This document shows positions 19,534-28,361 of a DNA stretch of 64,000 bases, piece by piece; within the stretch, counting starts at the first letter, position 1, and every line of letters starts with the position of its first letter. The translations under genes were made by a program, and so were the position numbers. The stretch is from an uncultured bacterium (GTDB lineage Bacteria; CSSED10-310): contig CAZELM010000002.1 of the NCBI GenBank assembly GCA_964512995.1, positions 112,314-176,313 on the forward strand, read 5' to 3'. Below the pieces are notes generated by a model. The model searched no databases and was not told the origin of the DNA. It was given only the letters and a program-made list of their open reading frames with translations.

Positions 19534-20145
19534 TTACCATGATGTGTGATCGTTTAGCAATAGAAAATCTCGTATGTGTCGCAGTGCTTTTCCACGGTGA
19601 CTGATCCGATTCTTCACCTCCGGAGGCAATTCTCCGAAAGTACGATTCAACTCAGAAATCAAAAATACTGGATCATACCCAAATCCGCCACTCCCTCGAG
19701 GTTTATCCAATATGATCCCTTCTACAGTCTCTGAAACAGAGATAATCAATCGAGTTCCAATGGCCAAAACAACCGTGCACCTGAACCGTGCACTCCGAGC
19801 CTGATCCTGTACACCATGTAAACTCGTCAACAATCGGTCGATGCGCTCCGCATCATTCAGTCCTTCCCCGAAAAACCGGTTGGATTTGATACCTGGATTT
19901 CCATTCAATGCATCCACTTCCAGTCCGGAATCATCTCCCAGAGCCGGAAATCCGGTCCGTATGGAATAGGTCGATGCCTTCAGAAATGCATTATCCCGAT
20001 ATGTCTCTCCCGTTTCAGCAATCTCCTGGATATCCGGAAACTGGCTTCCCGATAAAAACGTCAGGTTCAGGCCAGCCATCAGGTCACAAATCTCAATGCA
20101 CTTTCCCCGATTCCGTGAAGCGATCACAATTGTTCTGCTGGTCAC
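19534..20145 (-). CDS. rdgB: dITP/XTP pyrophosphatase (Ham1/RdgB family)
   Basis: IVIASRNRGKCIE N-terminal motif, ~200 aa, located immediately downstream of rph. Confidence 0.85.
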   Translation of the reverse strand: MTSRTIVIASRNRGKCIEICDLMAGLNLTFLSGSQFPDIQEIAETGETYRDNAFLKASTYSIRTGFPALGDDSGLEVDALNGNPGIKSNRFFGEGLNDAERIDRLLTSLHGVQDQARSARFRCTVVLAIGTRLIISVSETVEGIILDKPRGSGGFGYDPVFLISELNRTFGELPPEVKNRISHRGKALRHIRDFLLLNDHTSW

Positions 20146-20873
20146 TTTTTCAGGCAGTCTCCCTGTTCCAAAGCATGTTCCTGAATACTGAAAAGAGCTT
20201 CTAATCCGTTTTCCGCCAATGCAACCAGCGACAAAAATCGGTCCCGATCACGGGGACCTGATTCAGCCGTTCCCTGAATCTCAATCCAATGCTGACCAGG
20301 TGCTCCAACAAGATTCAGATCGATTTCCGCCATGGAATCTTCCTGATAACATAAGTCCAGGAATGCAGTTCCGTTCACAATACCCGCACTGACGGCGGCG
20401 ATCCAGGGGAATCGTAACAATCCGGGCGGGTACCCTTCCGGGTAAAGTTTTTGAAGAGCGATTCGAAGAGCGATCCAGGCTCCAGTGATAGCAGATGTCC
20501 GAGTTCCCCCATCTGCTTTCAGAACGTCGCAATCAATCTGAATAGTCCGGGGACCCAGCTTATTCAGATCAATCCCGGCACGGATACTTCTGCTGATCAA
20601 GCGTTGAATCTCGAATGTACGCCCATCAACACTCGGACGGCCATCTCGGGAAGATCGTGTCGTTCCTGCATGAGGGAGCATCGCATATTCTGCTGTAATC
20701 CATCCCTGATTTTCTGACCGGCAATGAGTGGGCACGCCATCTTTCATGGAAACATTACACAATACCGTCGTATTACCAAATGAAAGCAGAACAGAACCCA
20801 ATGCCCATGGAACAAAATCAAGATTTATCTTACATGGTCTCAGCTCATTCCATGCCCGTCCATCAGTTCTCAC
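20142..20873 (-). CDS. rph: Ribonuclease PH
   Basis: [13 protein letters not shown]...[14 protein letters not shown]...[24 protein letters not shown] signature. Confidence 0.9.
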   Translation of the reverse strand: [243 protein letters not shown]

Positions 20874-21472
20874 GGTATCTCCTCTTTGACTCGAATCAAC
20901 CGAAATGGTCTGGATATATCAATATGCCCGGCAAATGTTTCATTTTCTTTATGATTGATCAATAACTGCACCGTTTGAATATCATCGAAATTGCTCTGAA
21001 TTGTTTGAATAATGGATTGTATGGCCGCCCATTCCGAATTGATGCCCCCCAGATTCACCGACTCTTCCTCAAACACAAAATCACAAAAGAGATTATTTTG
21101 CTTATCCTGATATACTCCTTCAATACGGGCGGTATCTGGAAAAACCGATCTTCCCTCTCGCTGCGGTCCTTTTATCAGTTCCTCCAGCGCTTTCTGTATT
21201 TCGTTATGCTCCGACTCGAATCCGCTGATCGTTCGCTGTTCGGTTGACCATCCCTCTCCGGCTAACAAAGGAAAATACAAGACGATATCCCGCTGAGTGA
21301 GACTGGATGACTGGAGCGTTCCGGCGGAAAGTTGATCAAACTGGAGCGGTGTCTTGTCATATTTCACCCATACAACGCCAACCAGTATGGCCATAAGGAA
21401 AAACGGTAGATAAAGCCAGACGCTGAATCTATTCTTCAATATTGTCTGATCGTTGTTCAAATCATGATTCAT
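20870..21472 (-). CDS. GerM-domain lipoprotein-like protein
   Basis: GerM-like stretch (VLYFPLL...TEQRTI...IQKALEELIKGP). It is coupled to the Amidase_3 gene upstream. Confidence 0.5.
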   Translation of the reverse strand: MNHDLNNDQTILKNRFSVWLYLPFFLMAILVGVVWVKYDKTPLQFDQLSAGTLQSSSLTQRDIVLYFPLLAGEGWSTEQRTISGFESEHNEIQKALEELIKGPQREGRSVFPDTARIEGVYQDKQNNLFCDFVFEEESVNLGGINSEWAAIQSIIQTIQSNFDDIQTVQLLINHKENETFAGHIDISRPFRLIRVKEEIP

Positions 21473-21476
21473 TTTC

Positions 21477-22655
21477 TCAACTCATCACCAAGCATGCTTT
21501 GATCCCATCGAACAAGGCTTCGATAACTCGACCCAGACCAGCATCTTCATCCAGTGTCACATTCCCGTAAAAAGCTGCGGACCATGAAAATTCCACAAGA
21601 AATCCTGGTATGGATAATCCTTTTAATACCTTCAGATCTGCCCATTTTCGCTCCCATGTTGAATTTTGTGAGGCTTTCAGCATCGCATCTCCCATTCGAT
21701 CGATCATCGAAGAGACAATGGCAGCGGTTTGGGGAGAAACATCATCCCACAAATAAATAGCCCGATCGAGTTCAGATTGATTGTTTGAACTTCCACTCCA
21801 ATAAATTTCCCATTTATCATCTCCCAGATCTTCCGGGGGAGAGATATGGATGCTGATAAACAGATCAGCCTGAGATTGGTTTCCCGTCACTACTCGATCG
21901 ATTGAAGTAACATCATAATCACCGGATCGAGTAAGTATCACTCTCGCTCCCAGACGATCTTCCACGATACGAGCCAATCGTTCGACGAGTTTTAATGTAA
22001 TGTCTTTTTCCAGACTGTTAGTTGGAGAACGGCAGCCAGTATCTTTCCCGCCATGACCTGGATCCAGAACCAGTATCAATTGCCGGTCAATCGTTTCAGT
22101 TTCAGAACCTGGCTGCTCGGGTGAACTTCCGATTGTTCGAAGACTCATATTGGATGCATCCCAGGTGAGATCACCCTCCCACAGGGGATCAACAATCTTT
22201 GAAAACAATTCAAACGGAACCCACAAGCCTGATTCATCCTGAAACACAGGCCATGCCAATGACAAAAATCTACCGTCGATCATAATACCCTTGACACCAT
22301 CGCCTAATCGTATCTGGTGATCTCTGAAATGAATATCTGCAATGCCGGTTATAAAATCCCATTCCCACGTTAACTTCAAGGCAGCAACCCACCCGGATAC
22401 GGACAGGTAACGCTGCCCATCCCGCATCTTTACCTCGATCGCTGATTTGGTCTGATTTCCGGTATCTGAAACTGTGATATACTCCACAGAAGCAGCCCTT
22501 GAAAAGGAACACACAATGACACATATCCATAGAAGAAAACGAATCCAGCAGCAGCGGATATTATCTAGTGGAATGTGGCAAGGCATCTTGGTGGAACCCA
22601 TGAAAACATCTCCTTTCAATGACCTCCATTCTGGTTCTGAAAGGTCTTTTCTCAT
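21477..22655 (-). CDS. N-acetylmuramoyl-L-alanine amidase (Amidase_3, AmiC-like) with an N-terminal AMIN-like region. The start is uncertain.
   Basis: LVLDPGHGGKDTGC...EKDITLKLVERLARIVEDRLGARVILTRSGD, which is the Amidase_3 zinc-binding region. Confidence 0.75.
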   Translation of the reverse strand: MRKDLSEPEWRSLKGDVFMGSTKMPCHIPLDNIRCCWIRFLLWICVIVCSFSRAASVEYITVSDTGNQTKSAIEVKMRDGQRYLSVSGWVAALKLTWEWDFITGIADIHFRDHQIRLGDGVKGIMIDGRFLSLAWPVFQDESGLWVPFELFSKIVDPLWEGDLTWDASNMSLRTIGSSPEQPGSETETIDRQLILVLDPGHGGKDTGCRSPTNSLEKDITLKLVERLARIVEDRLGARVILTRSGDYDVTSIDRVVTGNQSQADLFISIHISPPEDLGDDKWEIYWSGSSNNQSELDRAIYLWDDVSPQTAAIVSSMIDRMGDAMLKASQNSTWERKWADLKVLKGLSIPGFLVEFSWSAAFYGNVTLDEDAGLGRVIEALFDGIKACLVMS

Positions 22656-22708
22656 TTTTGGAGATTACCACAGACAGTGAACGATTGAAATTCGGTATTG
22701 ATTGAAAG

Positions 22709-24931
22709 ATGAAATCCCGGTCATTCGAGAATAACGCCTCCCATTCACTCTGTCTGTGTGCGTGGACTATTGGATTCTCAACGTTGGGGCTTCAAATTCT
22801 GGTTATACGGGAGATCCTGGCCGCATCCCATGGGAATGAACTCAATCTGGGTATTCTGCTCACCTGTTGGCTGTTCTGGAGTGGTCTTGGGAGTATTGTC
22901 GGGCGATCGATCTGGTCCAATCTGACCCAATGCCACATGCTCTGGCTGCTGATGGCACTTGCATTATTGATAACTCCCACGGTATTGACCATGAAAGCAA
23001 CCCGTATCCTGATTGGATTGACACCCGGCGAACTCCCAAGTAACAACTCAATATTTTTATCTTCGATTATGATCCTTTCTGGATTTTGTTTCATGGGAGG
23101 TATGGCATTCGCGCTTGGTTCTCGATTGAGCCTGCAAGGGGGCTGGAAGAGAAATGGTCCTTCCAGATTCTATGCATGGGAAGCATCAGGAGCGCTTTGT
23201 GCCGCCATTTTGTTGAGAGTAATGGCAACGAGACATCTGGATCTGAGCATCTACCTTGGCATCATCACACTCCCGCTCCTCATCACCATACGCGATTTCA
23301 CTCCTTCTGTATCCAGAATCCGAATCATCATCATATCGATCCTGTTGCTGTTGCCGATATATAAATCCATGGAGTGGAACCAACGGATTGAGACTGCATC
23401 CTGGCCCGGCTATACCTTAATCGATAGCCAGGATACACCACATGGGCGTGTTCAACTTCTGGAGAAAGATCAGGAAATCTCCCTTTTCGTCAACCATGCA
23501 TTGGTGGGCACATCGACCATCACAAGCAATGCAGAAGAGGCGGTTCACATCCCCATGGCCATCCATCCCGATCCACACCACATACTTGTTCTGGAAGGCG
23601 GATATTCTGGCATCCTCGCGGAACTGCAAAAATATCCGGAAATCAACATTACGGCAGCTCTACTCAATGAATGGCCCCTGAAAATCCTCTCCCGCTATCC
23701 CGAATCCAATATAACTGCAGGATTTTTCAGCCCTGCTATCCACTTGATATGGATGGATGCTCGAAAATTCGTAGAAATGAGCCATTTACGTTCATACGAT
23801 GTCGTAATTTCCTGCGCTCCCGAACCAGCATCCATCGGAGCTTCCCGGTTCTATACTCTTGAATTTTTCCAGGATGTTCAGCGCATACTCACAGAAGACG
23901 GTATTTTCAGTATGCGGTTACAATCGTCGGACAATTTTCTCAGCCCCTGCCAGCAACAGTATCTGAAAATCGCTTTGACTACATTGCGACGTGCATTTGG
24001 GCCGGATGGGGTTCGGATATTGCCCGGAGATACCGCTGACATCATTGCCTCGCCCAACACGGATCTTCTCAAAACTATCTCTGCCGATCTCATCCTGGAA
24101 CGTCTGTCCGAACGGAATATTCAATCATCTTACGTGAGTGCTGCCTATCTTCCGTATCGTCTCATACCATCAAAGATGAAAACGATCGAGGAGCAGTTCG
24201 ATTCAGAGCCGTCAGTCGTGACAACCGATCAGTATCCACATATTTTCCCAGCATTTTTACGCTTATGGGAGTCCCAGTTCGATCGCTCATTTTCATGGTT
24301 GCCTGAACTCCCTCGAATTCGGATATTCCAACTGACCACCACTCTGCTCCTTCTATGGAATATCTTATTGTTCATCGTACGTCGGAATGATCTGTTGCCG
24401 ATTCAGGGCTGTGTCACTGCGGTCGGATGTACTCAATTGATCATCGAGATCATTCTCATTTTTTTGCTTCAGGTGACTTCGGGAGCGGCTTTTTTAAAAT
24501 CCGGAGTCCTGATTGGATTGTTTTCTTCGGGATTGGCAGCCGGAAGCATCATCGGGAACCGAGCATGGAACAATCAGTCCTTGACCCGAAACACGATCCT
24601 TTTCAATCAATTGACGATTGCGGCACTCGTGTCACTCATTGGATTACCCCAGATGACATCATGGGACGGCCATGAACTGCTCTGGGATATGCTGTCGTTT
24701 GTCATCGCATTTTTCGGCGGGACGCATTTTGTTTTATGCAGCCAGCTTTATCCGGAAAAAACCGCGGCATTGTATGGATTGGATCTCGTCGGGTCCGCGA
24801 TGGGAGCTTTTTTCATTTCGACCGTTCTGCTTCCGAATTTAAGCATCCCGGATATTCTGATCCTGTTATTTATGGTATTAGTTGGAACAGCGATCCCATT
24901 ACGGTTCAGTGGAGCAAGTAGAAGCGGGTGA
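22709..24931 (+). CDS. Spermidine synthase-like (class I SAM-fold) domain fused to a multi-TM membrane protein
   Basis: Central HILVLEGGYSGI...DVVISCAPEPASIGASRFYTLEFFQDVQRILTEDGIF resembles an aminopropyltransferase fold. TM-rich regions flank it on both sides. Confidence 0.55.
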   Translation: MKSRSFENNASHSLCLCAWTIGFSTLGLQILVIREILAASHGNELNLGILLTCWLFWSGLGSIVGRSIWSNLTQCHMLWLLMALALLITPTVLTMKATRILIGLTPGELPSNNSIFLSSIMILSGFCFMGGMAFALGSRLSLQGGWKRNGPSRFYAWEASGALCAAILLRVMATRHLDLSIYLGIITLPLLITIRDFTPSVSRIRIIIISILLLLPIYKSMEWNQRIETASWPGYTLIDSQDTPHGRVQLLEKDQEISLFVNHALVGTSTITSNAEEAVHIPMAIHPDPHHILVLEGGYSGILAELQKYPEINITAALLNEWPLKILSRYPESNITAGFFSPAIHLIWMDARKFVEMSHLRSYDVVISCAPEPASIGASRFYTLEFFQDVQRILTEDGIFSMRLQSSDNFLSPCQQQYLKIALTTLRRAFGPDGVRILPGDTADIIASPNTDLLKTISADLILERLSERNIQSSYVSAAYLPYRLIPSKMKTIEEQFDSEPSVVTTDQYPHIFPAFLRLWESQFDRSFSWLPELPRIRIFQLTTTLLLLWNILLFIVRRNDLLPIQGCVTAVGCTQLIIEIILIFLLQVTSGAAFLKSGVLIGLFSSGLAAGSIIGNRAWNNQSLTRNTILFNQLTIAALVSLIGLPQMTSWDGHELLWDMLSFVIAFFGGTHFVLCSQLYPEKTAALYGLDLVGSAMGAFFISTVLLPNLSIPDILILLFMVLVGTAIPLRFSGASRSG

Positions 24932-25033
24932 TGCGGCTATCCCCAACAATGACATCCCGCGGCTGAACGACAGATAATGTCTTGGTTTCTGCATGGCTTT
25001 GTTCTTGAAACATCGAATACAAGGGGGTAAATC

Positions 25034-26401
25034 ATGAATCGATTAACAGTCAGGGAGATGGCGGATGTGATAAATGGAGATTTGACGGACGCAGGGACAC
25101 AAACCTGTACCGGAATCTCCATTGATACCCGCACCTTGCAGGAAGGAGATGCATACTTTGCTTTGGCGGGTGAACGATTTGACGGCCATGCGTTTGTTTC
25201 TCAAGCCATTGCCAAAAAAGCTTCGGTGTCGGTGTTACGACGCTCTTTCGCACGGCCTGATGCGCCGTGTATCCTTGTAGATGATCCCCTGGATGCGCTC
25301 CAGCGCCTGGCCGCCTGGTACCGTCTCCGATTCAAGATACCCGTGATCGCTATTACCGGAAGTCATGGAAAAACAACAACCAAAGACCTGGTCACGGGTA
25401 TATTGCGAACCCGGTATTCCGTTCATGCAACCCATGAAAATCTCAATGGATTGATTGGTGTGCCGATGACGATCCTTGGGCTTCAATCCCATCATGAATT
25501 TCTGGTAATTGAAGTGGGCATTTCGAAGCCAGGAGAAATGGATCGAATGGCGGCCATCGTAAAACCAACTGTTGCAATCCTGACCTGCATCGCTCCCGCG
25601 CACACCGAATATCTCATCTCTCCTGCTCAGATCGCAGCAGAAAAGAGCAAGCTATTCTCGTTTCTGTTCGAGGGTGGGATGCGCGTTCTCAATGCTCATG
25701 ATCCTCTGGCTGTTCAATATCAAAATACCCGATCCCTCACGTTTGGATTTGATGTGGGGGATGTGCGTGGGGAAGTCCTTGAACTCCATGAAGACCGATC
25801 GATCTTTGCCGTTACTGCTCCGCATCGAAGCCGGGAAGTCTATGCTCTGCCGCTCCCAGGAACACATAATGTCTTGAATGCATTGGCAGCACTGAGCGCC
25901 ATAGCACCTTATTGCATCAGTCGGGACGATATCCAGAAAGGATTCGACAATGTCGTTCTGGCCCCCCATCGGAGTAATGTTCTGAAAATCGGAGGATATA
26001 CGATTATCGACGACACCTATAATGCAGCGCCGATCTCCATGAAATGCAGCATTGAAATGTTATCAGCCATTCGAAACCAGGGGCGAGCGGTTGCAGTATT
26101 GGGTGATATGCTGGAATTGGGGAGTTACTCGGTCACGGCTCACCGGAATCTTGGAACACAGATCGCAAACGTGCGAATCGATCTACTGATCTGTTTTGGC
26201 CAGGCCATCGAAGAGACTTACCGTCAGGCGGTCACAGGCGGAGTTGAAGCGTATTACTATCCCAATGCCGGAAATGCAAAAGATCAGCTCCTGTCCCGCA
26301 TGAAAAAAGGAGATACTATTCTGGTCAAGGCGTCCCGATCAATGCATGCAGATCAGATTGTTAAGGAGTTACTCGAGAAACTCCAGATAATCTATTTTTA
26401 A
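25034..26401 (+). CDS. murF: UDP-N-acetylmuramoyl-tripeptide--D-alanyl-D-alanine ligase
   Basis: Mur-ligase P-loop ITGSHGKTTTKD, ~455 aa, MurF-like domain order. Confidence 0.85.
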   Translation: MNRLTVREMADVINGDLTDAGTQTCTGISIDTRTLQEGDAYFALAGERFDGHAFVSQAIAKKASVSVLRRSFARPDAPCILVDDPLDALQRLAAWYRLRFKIPVIAITGSHGKTTTKDLVTGILRTRYSVHATHENLNGLIGVPMTILGLQSHHEFLVIEVGISKPGEMDRMAAIVKPTVAILTCIAPAHTEYLISPAQIAAEKSKLFSFLFEGGMRVLNAHDPLAVQYQNTRSLTFGFDVGDVRGEVLELHEDRSIFAVTAPHRSREVYALPLPGTHNVLNALAALSAIAPYCISRDDIQKGFDNVVLAPHRSNVLKIGGYTIIDDTYNAAPISMKCSIEMLSAIRNQGRAVAVLGDMLELGSYSVTAHRNLGTQIANVRIDLLICFGQAIEETYRQAVTGGVEAYYYPNAGNAKDQLLSRMKKGDTILVKASRSMHADQIVKELLEKLQIIYF

Positions 26402-26414
26402 TTGCATCCCAATA

Positions 26415-27284
26415 CTATTCCTCCGTTTCTGCAGGTCCGACAGATTCTGCAGATTCAACGGAATCACTCATGGGATCATCCTCTTTCGTTGATTTGGTCA
26501 ATTCTGAAACATCAAACTCCCGAAGATCCCCTTCTTCAATCTCAACTAATGCACGGTTACGAAGAACATTCAATTGGCGCACCCGGCCTTCTCCCTTGGG
26601 TGTCATGACGCGTTTACCGATTCGAGGCATCTTTTTGATCTCTTCTGAGTAGTGATCGTGTTCATATTGCAGGCAGCACATCAAACGGCCACACACACCT
26701 GAAATTTTTGTCGGGATCAGGCTCAGTCCCTGATCTTTGGCCATCTTTATTGAGACCGGATGAAATTCGCGAAGGAAACACACACAACACAGTGAACAAC
26801 CACAAATTCCGATTCCACCAAGAATTCTGGCTTCATCACGTATCCCAATCTGCTTCATCTCTATCCGAGTTTTAAAATGATGCGCCAGATCCCGCACCAG
26901 CTCGCGAAAATCAACACGGCCATCCGCCGTAAACATGAACAATGCTTTTGACCGGTCGAAAGCAAATATGACCTTTACGAGTTTCATCGATAATGCACGG
27001 GCTGTTATTCGCTCGAGACAGAACGTGTAACCGGTTTTCTCCAGTTCTTCGAGTTTGGACAAGTGTTCCCAGTCCGCTTCCGATGTTTTTCGAATAACAT
27101 TCGGAAGAGTCTCCTCCAGAAATCGCTTTTTCATGACGCGAGGCGTTGAAACGATTTTCCCAATCTGAATGCCGATCGATGATTCCGCTAAACAATACTC
27201 CCCGACAGCCAGAGGGATCCGTTGTGTATTATATCGTTGTGAAAAGATTTCTCCCTTTATCAAAACATCCGTAATTTCAATCAT
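26415..27284 (-). CDS. PSP1 C-terminal domain protein (RicT/YaaT-like)
   Basis: The conserved PSP1 region KVIFAFDRSKALFMFTADGRVDFRELVRDLAHHFKTRIEMKQIG is followed by a Cys-rich segment. It is coupled to tmk upstream. Confidence 0.75.
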   Translation of the reverse strand: MIEITDVLIKGEIFSQRYNTQRIPLAVGEYCLAESSIGIQIGKIVSTPRVMKKRFLEETLPNVIRKTSEADWEHLSKLEELEKTGYTFCLERITARALSMKLVKVIFAFDRSKALFMFTADGRVDFRELVRDLAHHFKTRIEMKQIGIRDEARILGGIGICGCSLCCVCFLREFHPVSIKMAKDQGLSLIPTKISGVCGRLMCCLQYEHDHYSEEIKKMPRIGKRVMTPKGEGRVRQLNVLRNRALVEIEEGDLREFDVSELTKSTKEDDPMSDSVESAESVGPAETEE

Positions 27285-28015
27285 TCTGAATCAGTCCGCC
27301 GTAAAAGGTATCGGTTGAGGCGGGTTGTGATCAAATGCCAGATCGATTCCGCAACCGCCTCGATCGATTCTTCTCCACTGAGAATTGTAAATCGATCCGG
27401 ATATTGCCTGGCCATCTCCCGATAAGCCATCCTGACTTTTTTATGAAATGCCAAACTTTCGCTTTCAAATCGGCCTTCTGAATCAAACATGTCCTGTTGT
27501 TTCAATCGCGACCGCGATCGCTGAAGGCTCACAATCTCGTCCGAATCCAGAACAATGGTATGGTCAGGATAAAGCCCTTTCGTCGCCCGATCATTCAGTT
27601 CCCGGATAAATTCCAAAGACAATCCCCGACCAAATCCCTGATATGCGATAGAGGAATCTGCATAGCGGTCGCATATCACTATTTTCCCGTCTTCGAGAGC
27701 CGGTAAGATGATTTCTTTGACATGCTGCGTTCTGTCCGCCTCCAACAGAAACAATTCTGTTAATGGTTCCAGTTCCGTATCACAGCGACTCAGGAGAATC
27801 TCTCTGATTTTCTGACCGAAACATCCATCTCCAGGCTCTCTTGTGAGAACGACATCATGTCCTGATTCCGTCAAACGCTTCTGCAGAATCCGTATCTGAG
27901 TGGACTTCCCGGATCCTTCTATCCCTTCAAAACTAAAAAATAATCCTCGTCTTTTATTCATTTCGCCCTCACGATCTTCTGCATCCAACCTATCAAAGCT
28001 TGTATCAGTGGTCAA
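27281..28015 (-). CDS. tmk: Thymidylate kinase
   Basis: P-loop FEGIEGSGKSTQ and the DRY motif (ICDRYADSSIAYQG). Confidence 0.85.
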   Translation of the reverse strand: MTTDTSFDRLDAEDREGEMNKRRGLFFSFEGIEGSGKSTQIRILQKRLTESGHDVVLTREPGDGCFGQKIREILLSRCDTELEPLTELFLLEADRTQHVKEIILPALEDGKIVICDRYADSSIAYQGFGRGLSLEFIRELNDRATKGLYPDHTIVLDSDEIVSLQRSRSRLKQQDMFDSEGRFESESLAFHKKVRMAYREMARQYPDRFTILSGEESIEAVAESIWHLITTRLNRYLLRRTDSE

Positions 28016-28361
28016 TGTCTGAAAGTCCGGGATAGTATCAATTCCTCATGCTGGAGGGAGCGATTCAGGTGGTCAACGAAGATGACTGGTTTTCGCGTAA
28101 GAATCCAAACCTCCCATTTATCGAACTGGAAGGCGAATGGGAATTTGGGCTCTGGCAACGAAAAAGGGTTTCCGGATCATTTCAGGCTCGACGGGTAATG
28201 CAACAACCCTGGACGAAAGTACACTTGTCAAAACCAGATGGTTTATGGATAACCTTGCTTCATTTTCAGATTGCCATTACTGCATTATTCAGATAAAAAT
28301 AGAAAAATAGAGGAACTTCCACCGGCGATGCATGGTATAATTCCCAGCGTAACATGGACAT

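Noticed and set aside
28048-28296. 82-aa ORF between tmk and lon
   Set aside because: It lies in the lon upstream region, is short, and has no conserved features. It is more likely a promoter/leader region.
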